64,000 bases of DNA from Convolutriloba macropyga (Eukaryota). A model generated the notes under the pieces. It made no database searches. It had not been told where the DNA came from and saw only the letters and a list, made by a program, of their open reading frames with translations. A program made the position numbers and the translations under genes. Every line of letters begins with the position of its first letter. Within the stretch, counting starts at the first letter, position 1. Positions 24,857 through 36,255 of the stretch are shown here, piece after piece. The stretch lies in the NCBI RefSeq assembly GCF_964194025.1, contig NC_134474.1, forward strand, positions 30,318,001 through 30,382,000, in the 5' to 3' direction.

Positions 24857-25509
24857 GGAATTAGAATAAAAAGAGGACATTTGGTAATATTATTGGAGAG
24901 TTTGGGAATTTTTCCGTACAGAATAGATCCGAAAGCTAGACATCAAAGAAGAGGGAAACAGAAGAGTTTGAAAGCAGACACCGAACAAGACCAAATCATC
25001 AGAGTACAATTTGGACATGATGAAAAGACAGGCCTCTTCAAGGACGCTCTCCCTCAACAACGAGTCCAATTTAATACAGAAACGGACAAGTCAACAACTA
25101 CTCCTCAATAGGGCCAGTATGAAGAGCTTGGGCAGTCTTTCACACTCCCAAGTAGGCTAAATTTATTTGAATTTCACTTTCGGGTCATTTCCATTATACC
25201 CCCTCCCCCAGCTCAGTGCGTAGGTACATAAAACGTAGGTCAAGAGAGTTTTACTTGAGAGAATTTTTACCGTAAAATGGGTCTAGCTGTCGGTCGAAAA
25301 AAACTAATTATCAAAAACTACATTTAAGTCACACCTATCATACAGCTATCCTTGTTGCGAAGCTCACACGTCTTTTTCAGTGATTATATCAGTGATGTAT
25401 CGTTGTTTGACCGGAAAATTCAACTCAAGACACTGTCAAGATACTGGGTTTATAACAGGCTGTCTCTTTTCCCCATTGACAAAAAATTAAGATTAACGTA
25501 TGAAAATTA

Positions 25510-25666
25510 GGATCTTATGCGTGCCAGTACGTTATGTGCCCCCAGTTACAGAGCACGTGCCATTACATAATAAATCATTATGTAAAAATATGACACGTGC
25601 GTCTGGGGGTTGCAAATAATATGCGCCCACTAAGCTGGGGGGGGGGGGCACAAACGGAAAAGATCC
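25510..25666. mobile_element. Merlin-like MITE (GGATC family)
   Basis: GAAAATTA|GGATCTT...AAAAGATCC|AAAAATTA, an 8-bp TSD matching at 7/8. Confidence 0.75.
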
Positions 25667-27707
25667 AAAAATTATAATATAAGTATGAATTTGGATGGTG
25701 CATTTTATTTGCACCCCTCACATGCACGTGCCATAATTTTACATAATGATTTACTATGTAATGACACGTGCCCCCGGAAAAGATTCTATTAAAACTTGGA
25801 TCAATTCTGTTCCCCCCATCTTAGGCCTACTGGGCATATAACTTTTACGCCCCCCGGCGGAGTTGCTAATTTCCACATAGTACCGTGCTATTTGAAAACA
25901 CATAAATTGTATTTGAGGGCATAAAAACACGGATTGGCACAGAAAATGAGTTCCAGTTAATTAATTGTATTTGCCTTAGATCAACCTTTTGGAGCTATCT
26001 TAAAACTTAAAACAGCCTTTATTCGATTTGAAACGGTCGCTTTGAACAAAATCCTTCAAAAAGTTTTTTTCAACTCAAAATTTACATAAAACTTCTCGGA
26101 ATTATGTGTTTGAAATGATTCTTGAAATTTAAATAAAACTTTATATAAACAATGCCCCCTTTCAATTTTCGGGCCTTTCACATTTTAGCCCCCCCCCCCC
26201 CCTCCAACTTAGTGGTCAGATAACCTAGAGCCCCTCATCAACCCTCCCTAACCATGGCAGACATACCATGATGGGGATTATTTTTCCGGGGGTGCTATAA
26301 TGGGAAAATGGAGGGGGATGCTATAATGGGAAAATCTCCGATATATTTTTGAAAAAATGGAGCAGAAACGGCGCTATAATTTTTTTTCCAAGTAAGTTTA
26401 TTTTTAAAAATTACGGCCAAAGATCACGGGAAGGCGAAAAACACAGCACTAAGCAGTTTTCAGCAAAAGTAGGATTCATAGCATTTCAAGAAAATTGTTT
26501 ACGCTTACCATTCTTCTTACCTGAATTAATAGAAAAAAATTTGGCAATTAAAACATTTTTCTGCTTGTTTCATGCAACCAGGGAAACGTTATGCGCATTT
26601 TCGTTTATCTTAACAAAAGTGGCCACTTTTTTTAGTTGCTTTTTAGTTACATTTTAATTTACTGCTAGATTTTTTCTGAGTTTTACTGCTCCGATTGTAG
26701 GCCTGTCAGAAAAATTTTTAGAGGCTTGAAAAAATAGAATTGAACATTTCTTTTCAACAAAAATACTTTGTAAAATTATTTGTTGAACAAAGTATTTGTA
26801 AAGATATAATATTAACAAAAATACTTACAAAAAGGTTTCTTAAAAAAGAAATTAGAATGAAAAATTTAAAATTACAAGAGAGTTGTTTCTATTTTCATAG
26901 GATTGGAAATCACAACTCCTGAATACCGGAATTTCGAAAAAAAGTTTTCTTTCAGGAAAATTGCCAGATACTTTCAGAAATCGTTAACTGGAATTTTTAA
27001 GAAACTGACAGATATATTCGGAAATTTGGATATGATACTACAATTCAGACTTGAGAGCAAACCTCTCCCTTTTATGTTCGGTCGGTCGAAGTACAAGGGA
27101 AAAATATTTAGGGCAATTTTTTGGCAAAATTTTTCAACCTTCTTCAATATCAACCTAATAAACGATACTTTAAGTAAATTAAAACAAAAAAGTATTGTTT
27201 TAAAACGACGATCTTGCTGAAAAGGTATGATCTCAACCCGGTTGCTTGTTCCACAATTTAAGTTTGTCATTACCATGCTTACCGTTTTTTGCTTACCATG
27301 CTTTTCATGGCACTTCGTTATATAACTACGCATGGAACTTGCCTATTTTTAACAAGAGTTTTATATTAGCTCTTATCTATTGATAAACGATGAAGTTTTC
27401 AATTATGGTAGATCAATAGTCTGAAAACACGTTTATTTACAATATGACATTAAAGCAAGTCTTCAACGATTAGCTGAAATATTTCAATGCCTTTACACTG
27501 AGCCGATGTTGTTCACACTATCTCACGTTGTTCACGAAGGATGTTAGATTACCTCTTGGAGAAAATAATTTCAGACAAGAAGAACTGTACTCTAAAAATA
27601 TTTGACCATGAACCTTTTCGAAACTTCTTTTTGACTTCAAAACTTTAGTATCCACAATTTTATTAGATCTGCGCCCAACTAAGCAACTAAGTAATTGGAA
27701 CCAATTT

Positions 27708-27884
27708 ATGTGTTTGATGCAGTCGAGCAAGCGTCTGAGCAGCGTGAACAACCGGAGGCAGACAGGTCCCGGTGGCAATATGGGGGGAATTCCGAAGGCC
27801 ACAGACAGTGACGAGGCATCCAGCAGCAGTGACGAGAGTGACGAAGAAGATGAGTTCATGCGCGAACAGGATCAAAGGAAGAAA
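27708..27884 (+). CDS. ODAD2: ODAD2/ARMC4 (gudu-like), exon 1 (acidic DSDEASSSSDESDEEDE segment); start codon may be 27708 or 27717
   Basis: The acidic Ser tract resembles the region preceding the ARM repeats in ARMC4. Donor AAA|GTTAGT at 27884/27885, phase 0. Confidence 0.75.
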
Positions 27885-28022
27885 GTTAGTAAAACACAAA
27901 GGCCTCATAATGAACACAAAGGCCTCATAGAACAGTGACTAGTCTGTTCAGTACCATGCGTGAATTATCGTTGATTCTGATCAAGTTATATCTCAAATTG
28001 CCGGTGGGAAAAATTGTTGTCT

Positions 28023-28141
28023 CCCGAGGCGAGTCAGGATGGTTATCTTTTAACATCTTTTCAAACGAATGTTTATCTTTAGTGATTCTGTTTGAAAATC
28101 ATGTAAAATCTTACAAGATAACCATTTGGGCTTGTCTCAGG
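28023..28141. mobile_element. Short internally deleted member of the 16025-16893 CMC MITE family, in ODAD2 intron 1
   Basis: CCCGAGGCGAGTCAGGATGGTTATCT...AGATAACCATTTGGGCTTGTCTCAGG. Confidence 0.6.
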
Positions 28142-28332
28142 TGATCATACCATTCCTTGCTAATTGTTGTTTAAATCATTTTTTTCATAGAACCACTTTT
28201 TGTTGATTATCTAAACTTGTTTTGGTTTAACCTTTTGGTTTACCCTACACTATAGATTGAAAACATCTTTTTTTGATACATCGAAAGCTAACGAAAAAAG
28301 CCTGAGCAATGAAGTTTTCTCCTCTTTTACAG

Positions 28333-29173
28333 GACTTAGCGGTCAAGAGTGGTCTCACGGGCGATAGATCGCCAGAGTGCATCCAAGTTGAAAAACTGTT
28401 CAAGTATATGAGATGGGGTAACAAAACAGTCACAGTCTTAGTCCTCTGTCTTCTCAAAGACTTGAATCTGCGACAGGAAAACATTCAAATGACTATCGAA
28501 GAACATGGCTTGGATCTTCTCCTCAATTTAATAGACACTGACGATCTCAAACTGAAGATCGGATCTCTGAGGATCCTCAAAGAGATCTCGACTAACGTCG
28601 CCATTCGAAAATCGATCCGAGATCTCGGCGGATTGCAGGCGATAGTGAACCTCGCGAAGTCCACGAACAAGGAGTTGAAATGTTTGGCCGCAGAGACCAT
28701 TGCAAATTTGGCTAACAGTGGTAAAGCAAGAACGGCTGTTAGACAGTATGGCGGAATTAAACGATTGGTTTCTATGATTGAATTGGCAAGAGATAAAAAA
28801 CTTAACCAACACGTGTCTGAAGAAACTAAAAAACACAATATTGAAATTACTCGATGTGCGGCAATGGCATTATCAACTTGTGCAAAAAGCAACAAAATCA
28901 AAAAAGCGATGAGAAAAGTTGGAGCAATTCCCGTTTTAGCTGAACTACTAACTAACGTTAACGATATTACAATATTAATACCAGTAGTTAACACATTACA
29001 AGAGTGCGCAAATGATGTTAATTATAGAATAGCGATTCGAAATATGGGTCTGGTTCAGCATATAGTACGTCATCTTAAAAGCGACAACATTGAACTCAAA
29101 ATGTATTGTTCGTCTGCGTTTAGGAAAATTTGCGAAGACAAAGAATCATCTGACATTGTCAGGAATCAAAAAG
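28333..29173 (+). CDS. ODAD2: ODAD2/ARMC4, exon 2 (armadillo repeats)
   Basis: QVEKLFKYMRWGNKTVTV, KIGSLRILKEIS, LKCLAAETIAN and LIPVVNTLQECA match ARMC4 motifs. Acceptor TTTTACAG|GAC at 28332/28333. Donor G|GTAGGA at 29173/29174 (phase 1). Confidence 0.9.
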
Positions 29174-29176
29174 GTA

Positions 29177-29818
29177 GGAACTGTTTCCTTCACCACGAAC
29201 AGAACTTTTTTTAACAAAACTTTTCTAACGTATTGTGAACAAAACTAAAACGCGTTCTTGCAAAATAAATAGTTTGCACAATCTAAGACGAGGTCCCGGA
29301 CCGAAACTATTTTTGATCACCCAGGCTTAGACCTCAACTAATGAAAAGACTTTATAATTCTAGTAGGGGGTTTCAATATTGACTTTAAATACACGGTCCA
29401 GCTAATAGTTAAAGTCGGGGTAAAGTCTTTTCATGGGTCCAGATAAGGTCTTTTCATAACAAATTAAGGTCGTGCATGGTATTTTCATGAGGCGAGGATT
29501 GTATTGTTTTGGGATTTTCATAAGTCGAGGTCTAAACATGGGCAGGCTCTGATCAACCGGCAATTTTTGTCCCAGAACTTCGAGCACACACCAGGGCATT
29601 ATGCGCTAAATTTCCTGTGAGGAAAAATGGAAAAATTTTGTAGAAGTTTCTAAATTCTGGACACTGGTCTAGACATGAGCTGTTCAAAATAGTTTCGGCC
29701 AGGGATTTTTTGTCAAGAGGTTATTTTTGCCTGAGATTCTAACCTGGGTAATTATCACCTTAGTGCAAAAGTGTCAATTGTTGATAGTTCTATATGACCA
29801 AGAAAAGGAAACTGTTCC
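29177..29818. mobile_element. Merlin-like foldback transposon constituting ODAD2 intron 2 (introner)
   Basis: AAAAGGTA|GGAACTGTTTCCTT...AAGGAAACTGTTCC|AAAAGGTC, with a 13/14 TIR and a 7/8 TSD. Further internal inverted blocks are present (CCCGGACCGAAACTATTTT / AAAATAGTTTCGGCCAGGG). Confidence 0.8.
29320..29542. mobile_element. CMC/EnSpm-type MITE nested inside the introner
   Basis: CA|CCCAGGCTTAGACCTCAACTAATGAAAA...TTTTCATAAGTCGAGGTCTAAACATGGG|CA, a 2-bp TSD. Same family as 1-803. Confidence 0.8.
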
Positions 29819-29823
29819 AAAAG

Positions 29824-30824
29824 GTCTGATGCCATTGGTTGATTTACTTGAACTCTCCGATAACAAAGAATTACTAAAAGCTGCCACGGGTGCGATTTGG
29901 AAATGCTCCGCGAACCCTAAAAATGCAGAAGTTTTTGAAAAGGCTAACATCATTGAAACTCTTATCAAATTTATCAACTACGAGCAACCCGAAGAAGTAC
30001 GTATAAATTGTACTGGTGCAATCGCTACACTTGCAAAACGTAAACACAACCGGCCCGAAATCCGACAGAAAGATGGAATTAAGAGTCTCATGAGCCAATT
30101 AGGGACAACTACAGTTTCGCTTCTCGTCAACTCAACCGATGCCGTGGGAACCATGGCCGAGGACAAGGAAAGCATCGGAACTATAATAGAACTCGACGGA
30201 ATCCGTCTTTTATGGTCACTCCTGAAAAACCCGAACTGGGAAGTTCAAGCAAGTGCTGCAAATGCGATGTGTCCATGTCTCAGAAATATGGAGGACGCTG
30301 GGGAGGAGGTTCGAGCATATGTCGGGGGTCTTGAAATTATGATGAACCTTTTAAAGTCTGACCATGACGAGGTTCTGGCCGCCATGTGCAAAACTGTGGC
30401 TCAAATTGCTCAAGATCAGGAAAATTTGGGCATTATGACAGATCTTAAAGTCGTAGAACTGCTCGCAAATTTGACTGGAACAAATAATGATTTGTTAAAA
30501 GTACCGCTTTGTGACGCTATTGGTTACTGCAGTAATAAAAAACAAAACTGTCGTGAGTTTGGTGACTACGGTGCCGTTCTTCCAATTCTGAACTTTTTGA
30601 AAACTTCAAACAAGGAATCAATAAAAGCGTCAGCGGCTTTCGCTTTGAACAAGCTTTCAGAAGATGCCCGAAATTGTATCACTATGCACAAAAACGGGGT
30701 TTTTGAATTCTTGATGGAAACAATTGCGTCAAAAAATACAGAACTACAGAAGAATTCTGCAAGTTGTTTGGCAAATATTAGAAGGCTGGCTATGTGCAAT
30801 GAGAGAGCAAAGTATGGACGTTGA
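29824..30824 (+). CDS. ODAD2: ODAD2/ARMC4, exon 3 (C-terminal armadillo repeats); an alternative in-frame acceptor would start the exon at 29764
   Basis: ATGAIWKCS, LDGIRLLWSLLKNP, DAGEEVRAYVGGLE, LSEDARNCITMH and NIRRLA..ERAKY are diagnostic ARMC4 motifs. The spliced junction RNQK-G-LMPL is colinear with ARMC4 RLHG-G-LKPL. Confidence 0.9.
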
Positions 30825-31619
30825 AGTACAAAAATAAAAACTTTTTGAAGCCATCTTCTGATACTAGATCATTAAAAACTTTCCCTATTTACGCAAGGAA
30901 TGTTTTTCTTAAACAGATATATCTCAAAATTTATTTTTCACTGAATTCCATTAAAAATGAGCTAGGTGGCCTTTTGGCCCGTTGAATGGACAAGTTACAG
31001 TTTTTTTCCAGAGGAACATTTCGGTTCAAAATTTTAAGTTTTGTTATGGTTTTTTGTCTGAGCAGTGAAATCAATCAATCAGTCGCTTGGCGAAAATATC
31101 ATGTTAAAATGAAAATGCAATCGGTAAACCAAGTGAAAATAAAATCGGGCTTGGCTCGGAGGGTTCATACTCGTTAGCTAGAAACAATGTGAAAGAGTAT
31201 GGATCAGTATTGAGCTGCCGGTTTAAAATTGCAAATCTATGGTTCAGTACATTTTTACTAGCACTATCACTGTATCCCAAGCCTGATTTCTCTCTTAAAA
31301 CTAGAAAAATGTTTTATCAAGGACACTCGGAGAGCATGCTTTGCAGACATAAAATCTTAGGCTAAAAAGCAGTTTATTCAGAGCATTATCAGAATATTGA
31401 TTCATTATGTTAAGACTGAGCTCAGAATAAGTTAAATAAGTTCCGGAAAATCTCAGAGTTTTACTATGAATTTTACCATGAAATGTCAATAAATTGTCAT
31501 GATCAGAACTATGGGCATAGTAAAAATTTTAATAAAAATAATAATTCAGTACTGAAAAATAGCTAGAAAGAATCAAAGACAGACAGACAGAACTGCATTA
31601 GAAAACATTTAAACCATTT

Positions 31620-32700
31620 TGGCACCGTCTCGTGTGCGAACCCCAGCCCATCCCTTATCAGCAATAGGTTTTATCCCTCATGCTACCGATGCGTTTTGCT
31701 TTAATTACCACCCTTTCTACATCGGCAAACTTTTGGTCAAAGGCTTCTTTGGTGTGCTTGTTTTTGTTTTGCTGCATGCTTGATGAGCGCAAAAACATGA
31801 GTAGATTAAGAGTTTCAATATGGCAGTAAAGCTAGTCTCAAAACGTCTGTGTGTATTACGCTAACCAGATTTTTTAAAGATTTTTAAAAAACATGATAGG
31901 AGCGTTAATCATTGCACTCAAGTGCGACCTACTTTCAGTACGAGAAAGGGAAAGATCCAATAACAAAATTGATAAGAATGAATCAAAGAAAAAGAAAGAA
32001 AGACAAACAGGAGTGTATTACAACCAAACAACAAACCATAATTGGACCAACAATACAGCAGCCATTTCCAGCACCAACTCGGTTGAAAGCCAATGTCATT
32101 CGCTTTACAGCCAAAAGTTTTATTCCCTACGCTGCCGTTGCGCTCTGCTATTGTAAATTGCACATTGAACATAAGACAAAATTATGTCAATAACCTCTCC
32201 GGCTCGCTTGTTTTTGCTATGACTCATGCTTAATGAGCGCAAAACATATGCAGATTAAGAGCGTAAATACGGCGCTAAATCGATTCACAAAACCCATTTA
32301 CAATGCTGGACTGCACCGCTAAAACATGTGATGATAAGAACGTTACCATTGCGACTTAATTTTCATATATAAAAGGAAAAAGATGGAAAGAATGATCAAG
32401 TAAGGAAACGTACAGAGCATCAACTAAGGAAGATAACGAAACAAAGAAACACAGAGACAGTGAAACAGACAGGAGTTTAATAAACAAAATCTTTACCAAT
32501 GTTTGGCCCAAGAAGATTGTCCCCATTTTAGCACAAACTCGGCCGCGCTACCTTTTCGCTACCTAAGCGTATTGCATATGTCTACTGCCCTTTCTATAAC
32601 AGCAATATTCTGGTCATGGCATTGTAGGCTCGCTTGTTTTTGCTATGAGAAATGCATAATGAGCGCAAAATATGTACAGATTAGGAACTCAAATATGTTT
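31620..32700. repeat. Degenerate tandem repeat (period about 430-450 bp, 3 units), with a tRNA-like segment on the minus strand in the first unit
   Basis: GCTTGTTTTT...ATGAGCGCAAAA...AGATTA occurs at about 31757, 32205 and 32631. Minus-strand 31621-31692 has TAGCATGAGGG...GGTTCGCAC. Confidence 0.55.
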
Positions 32701-33059
32701 AGATAGGAGCGCTGTTAACCATTGTGGTCAAATGAGAGTTGTTTGAAATTAGTGGAAGATTAGTCAACACGACTACAACTGCTGCAAACTTAGTTTCATA
32801 GCAATTCGTTGGATAATAGTAGTAAAACCGCAAATTAGCAGCTATAATAAAACCCAAACTGTGAGTAACCCAAAGGAACCGTGGAGTACAGACGCAGCTC
32901 CTTTGATATTTCCAATTCGGCCTGATTGTACTCTTGGTCATATTCTTTTTCGACCTCCCATTTCTTTCTTGGGGGAATATATGCTCAACTTCTTTTCCTG
33001 ATCAGTCAAATACGGGCAATCAATATGATAATCGCAGAGAGTTGTGAGAGAACAAAAAA

Positions 33060-33330
33060 GCGAGAGAAAGAGATTGAATGAATAGAGAAGGAAGTAAAGA
33101 GATAGAGATAGAGAGAGAGAGAGAGTGAAGCAGAGAGACAGAGAGAGAGAGAAGCAGAGAGACAGATAGAGAGAGAAAAAGAGGATAGAAAGAGGGAGAG
33201 AGAGATAGAAACAAAGAAAGAGAGAAAAGAAAGAAAGAAAGAATGAAAGCAAGAAGTAGAAAAAGTGAGAAAAGAAAGAGAGAAAAAGAGGGAAAACGGA
33301 AAGATAGAAAAAGACAAAAAGAACAGAAGC
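33060..33330. repeat. GA/GAAA-rich low-complexity tract
   Basis: Purine-rich simple repeats; these explain the spurious F/L/S-rich ORFs. Confidence 0.9.
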
Positions 33331-33600
33331 AAGTGTTTGTGATAAATAATTGATCAAAAATTGATTTTGGAGCAATAATATTAACGGAAAATTCATCAGT
33401 TTTTACGAGAAACCATCGTACCAAAATGTAATAAAAAATAAAAAGATGCAGGATAGAAGATTAGCTACCTAAAACAATTGCCATTTTCTAATCCCACAAG
33501 CAAACGCAGAAACATAGATCAATCAACTTTGCAAGAACTGCTCTTGAACGCCCATCGGCGTGGTGTAGATTAGAATTTTTTATGGCTACAAAGGGAATGT

Positions 33601-33671
33601 AGCCGACACGGGTTAGAACCCATGACCACTAGATTAGCAGTCCTCCATCTTTCCAACTGCACTATAGCATC
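33601..33671 (-). pseudogene. tRNA-derived sequence (pseudo-tRNA or SINE head)
   Basis: A-box TAGTGCAGTTGG, anticodon-like arm GGACTGCTAATCT, T-arm ATGGGTTCTAACCCGT. The acceptor stem does not pair. Confidence 0.55.
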
Positions 33672-35014
33672 AACAAACCACTGTCTCTCTCATTTGTTTT
33701 TTTGCTATCAATATACACATTTCAGATCTAGTGCAAATGGGATCACGCAAAAAGGAAAAACTAAAGCGTGAAAAACTTACTTGATAGCGCATATTGTTAT
33801 AGAAAAGCGCGAAATATTTGAAGCTAAAATCTTGCAAAATACACACCTTTTCAATAAATGCTTCGAACTAACTTCCTTCGAGAGCAACTAAAAAACACGT
33901 AGTAACCAGGACATTAAATCCTCCCTCTGGGCTTGTCTACCTTCAAGCCCTCGTAGCCTCGTGGAAACTGCACCTGACTAACAGTTTTTTTCTCGGGTTC
34001 GGCTTTTGTCTTGGGTTCCTAACTACTTTGAGCTTCTTAGATCAGTGACCTCTTTCGATATGTTCGATTAACCATTCTGCCCAATGCGGCTCTTCAAAAT
34101 GCGCTTCGAGATGCTCCTGAAACATTCAAAAATTTTGTCATGTAATAGATCTCACGCGTTTAATATATAGGATGAGACTCAGGTTTGGGCGGTTACTTAC
34201 TGATGCCTACCTAACTGCTAAACAATGATGAGCAGCTTCATACTTGTTTATACTGGTTTGTTATCAAATTCTGTGTACAGGTTTGATGTTTGTTGCTTTC
34301 TGTAGATTAAAAACCAAATTTTTAATTGGGTTCGTCCATAGTCTGCACCTATTTTTGACTTTGTTATCAGATTAGGTACAAGATCACATAGCATCATGAT
34401 GAGTTCGAAAAAACCAACGGAGATACGAGTTTTTGCTGTTTCCCATTTATAATATAAAATAAACAAATTGTCAAGGACTTCTCGTTTTTCAAAGTACGAA
34501 CTCATTTATGAAACAGATTTTTAAAAAGTAATACGACGATCACGTCACTGTTTAAGAAATATTACACTTTCTTTCGCTCTTTAGATTTTTTGAAATAATT
34601 TCATGCGAGTATCATCAGTGAGTTTCATATCATTAGAGGCACCAAATATTTTCAACACTTTTCAGTTTTTGTTCTCTTCGTAGTTTCCTTTCTAAATAGA
34701 TAAGGCAAGAATCTCAATGGTTGAGAAAAGATGTAGTAGTTCGGATTAAACGACAGTGATGAGTTTATTATTTAGCAACTACTCGTTCTATATGAAGTTG
34801 AAACCTAAGTTGTTAGCCGCTTTGTGACAACTTTGAACGAAAATGAAACTCTTAAATTTTTAACAATATGTAAGCCTCTTGGCCTGATGGCTTTCAAAAT
34901 GAACAATCAATCGCCCTGGACTCGTTGTTGCATAAGCAACGATGATTAGACTGTAGATCGACAAGAGTCAATACTAACGCGAAAAAAGCAGCGGTCAATT
35001 GAAAATCTTACTTT

Positions 35015-36200
35015 ATACAGGAGGCCGGATAAATTACATTTACATATAAGGCTCCCATCACGTTCCTCCACATTTTTCACTCACAAAAATTTCTACAAAA
35101 CCAAGAAGAGATTAAAAACTTTCAAAAAACACACTGCTGGAAGTTAGTTAATGTAATAGAAGAGTAAAGAAAAATAGTTCTATATCAAACCAAAAAAAAT
35201 AATTAAATAGTGCTGCATTATAGATTTGCTATGAAAATGTAACTCCCTAAGTAGCCAGTGGATCCAATCAAAAGTGAGACCAAATCATAAGACCACCAAA
35301 TAACAACTAACACACGCAAAACTCATAAAAATCACAAACAGTTTTTCAAAAACAGTGTTGAAGCCAGTAAAACCAAAGGCAAATAACAATAACAATTAGA
35401 TACGTACATTTCTGTTCTACTTGAACTTCAATTGACCTTGTTATTAAATACAATATGTAAAAAAAAAAACATAAATAGTGACTAGAAAAACAAATTTCAA
35501 AAAATCAAAGCTTTTATGAAAACACAATGAGTCAAATCAAAAAACCATAAGTTAAAAAAACCAAGGCAAGACAAAAATTTTCACTGCTTCACCAAAAAGA
35601 TGGTACGCGGCATTATTGAGACCAGACTACAAGTTGACAAAATATAACTAAAAGGGCAGACATCAAAAACACGTTTTTTAGAAAACAAAAAAGTTCAATG
35701 TCTTTCAACTAGAAGCTTTAGTCATTAACAGATATCAATAGATAGGTTTATATGTACCTCTAATAGGAAACCATTGAGAACTGTTATTCATCAGTGCACG
35801 TCATGCAACTAGAAATAGAAGACAAATTTCGGCAAAAATTAAAAACTCAGCTACATTTTGCTTCAAAACGGTATTGAAGATGCTAAAACATAATCAATGA
35901 AAAAAATGGAATATTTCGGAAAAGAGGACTCATCATCTTTTTAAAAGCGAATAGAACTTGTCAATGGACAATAAGCTTATGTGACAGCACAACAAAAAAT
36001 AACCTTATTTAATTTTTGCAATTATGTATGAAACGAAAAATATTGACAATTCGTAGTATCATAGGCATAAAACCAGTTGATAAAACATCAAACTATAATA
36101 AATGTTTTGCTTTTTATTTTACTGGTAAAAACATCTGATCTTTATTTTCTTTGAATATATAAAGATAATTTGCTAAGTTCAAAAATTCGTTTTACATAGG
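35015..36200 (-). mobile_element. Decayed HINE-like fragment with remnants of the 175-bp internal repeat
   Basis: End ACAGGAGGCCGG...ATAAGGCTCCC resembles ACAAGGCGGCTCGG...ATAAGGTTCC at 11797. GTGTTGAAGCCAGTAA at about 35355 matches GTGTCGAAGCCAGTAA at about 12820. Confidence 0.4.
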
Positions 36201-36255
36201 TCTATATATACCACATCAGAAAGCCAATTTGATCTATGATTATAAAACCGGTTCC

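Noticed and set aside
27240-27345. RFX X-box motifs upstream of ODAD2
   Set aside because: Only weak half-site matches (TTACCATGC); not supportable by eye.
32938-33424. Three long hydrophobic ORFs
   Set aside because: Artefacts of a GA-rich simple repeat.
33601-33671. Functional tRNA-Ser(GCT)
   Set aside because: The acceptor stem is unpaired, the T-loop is altered and there is no long variable arm.
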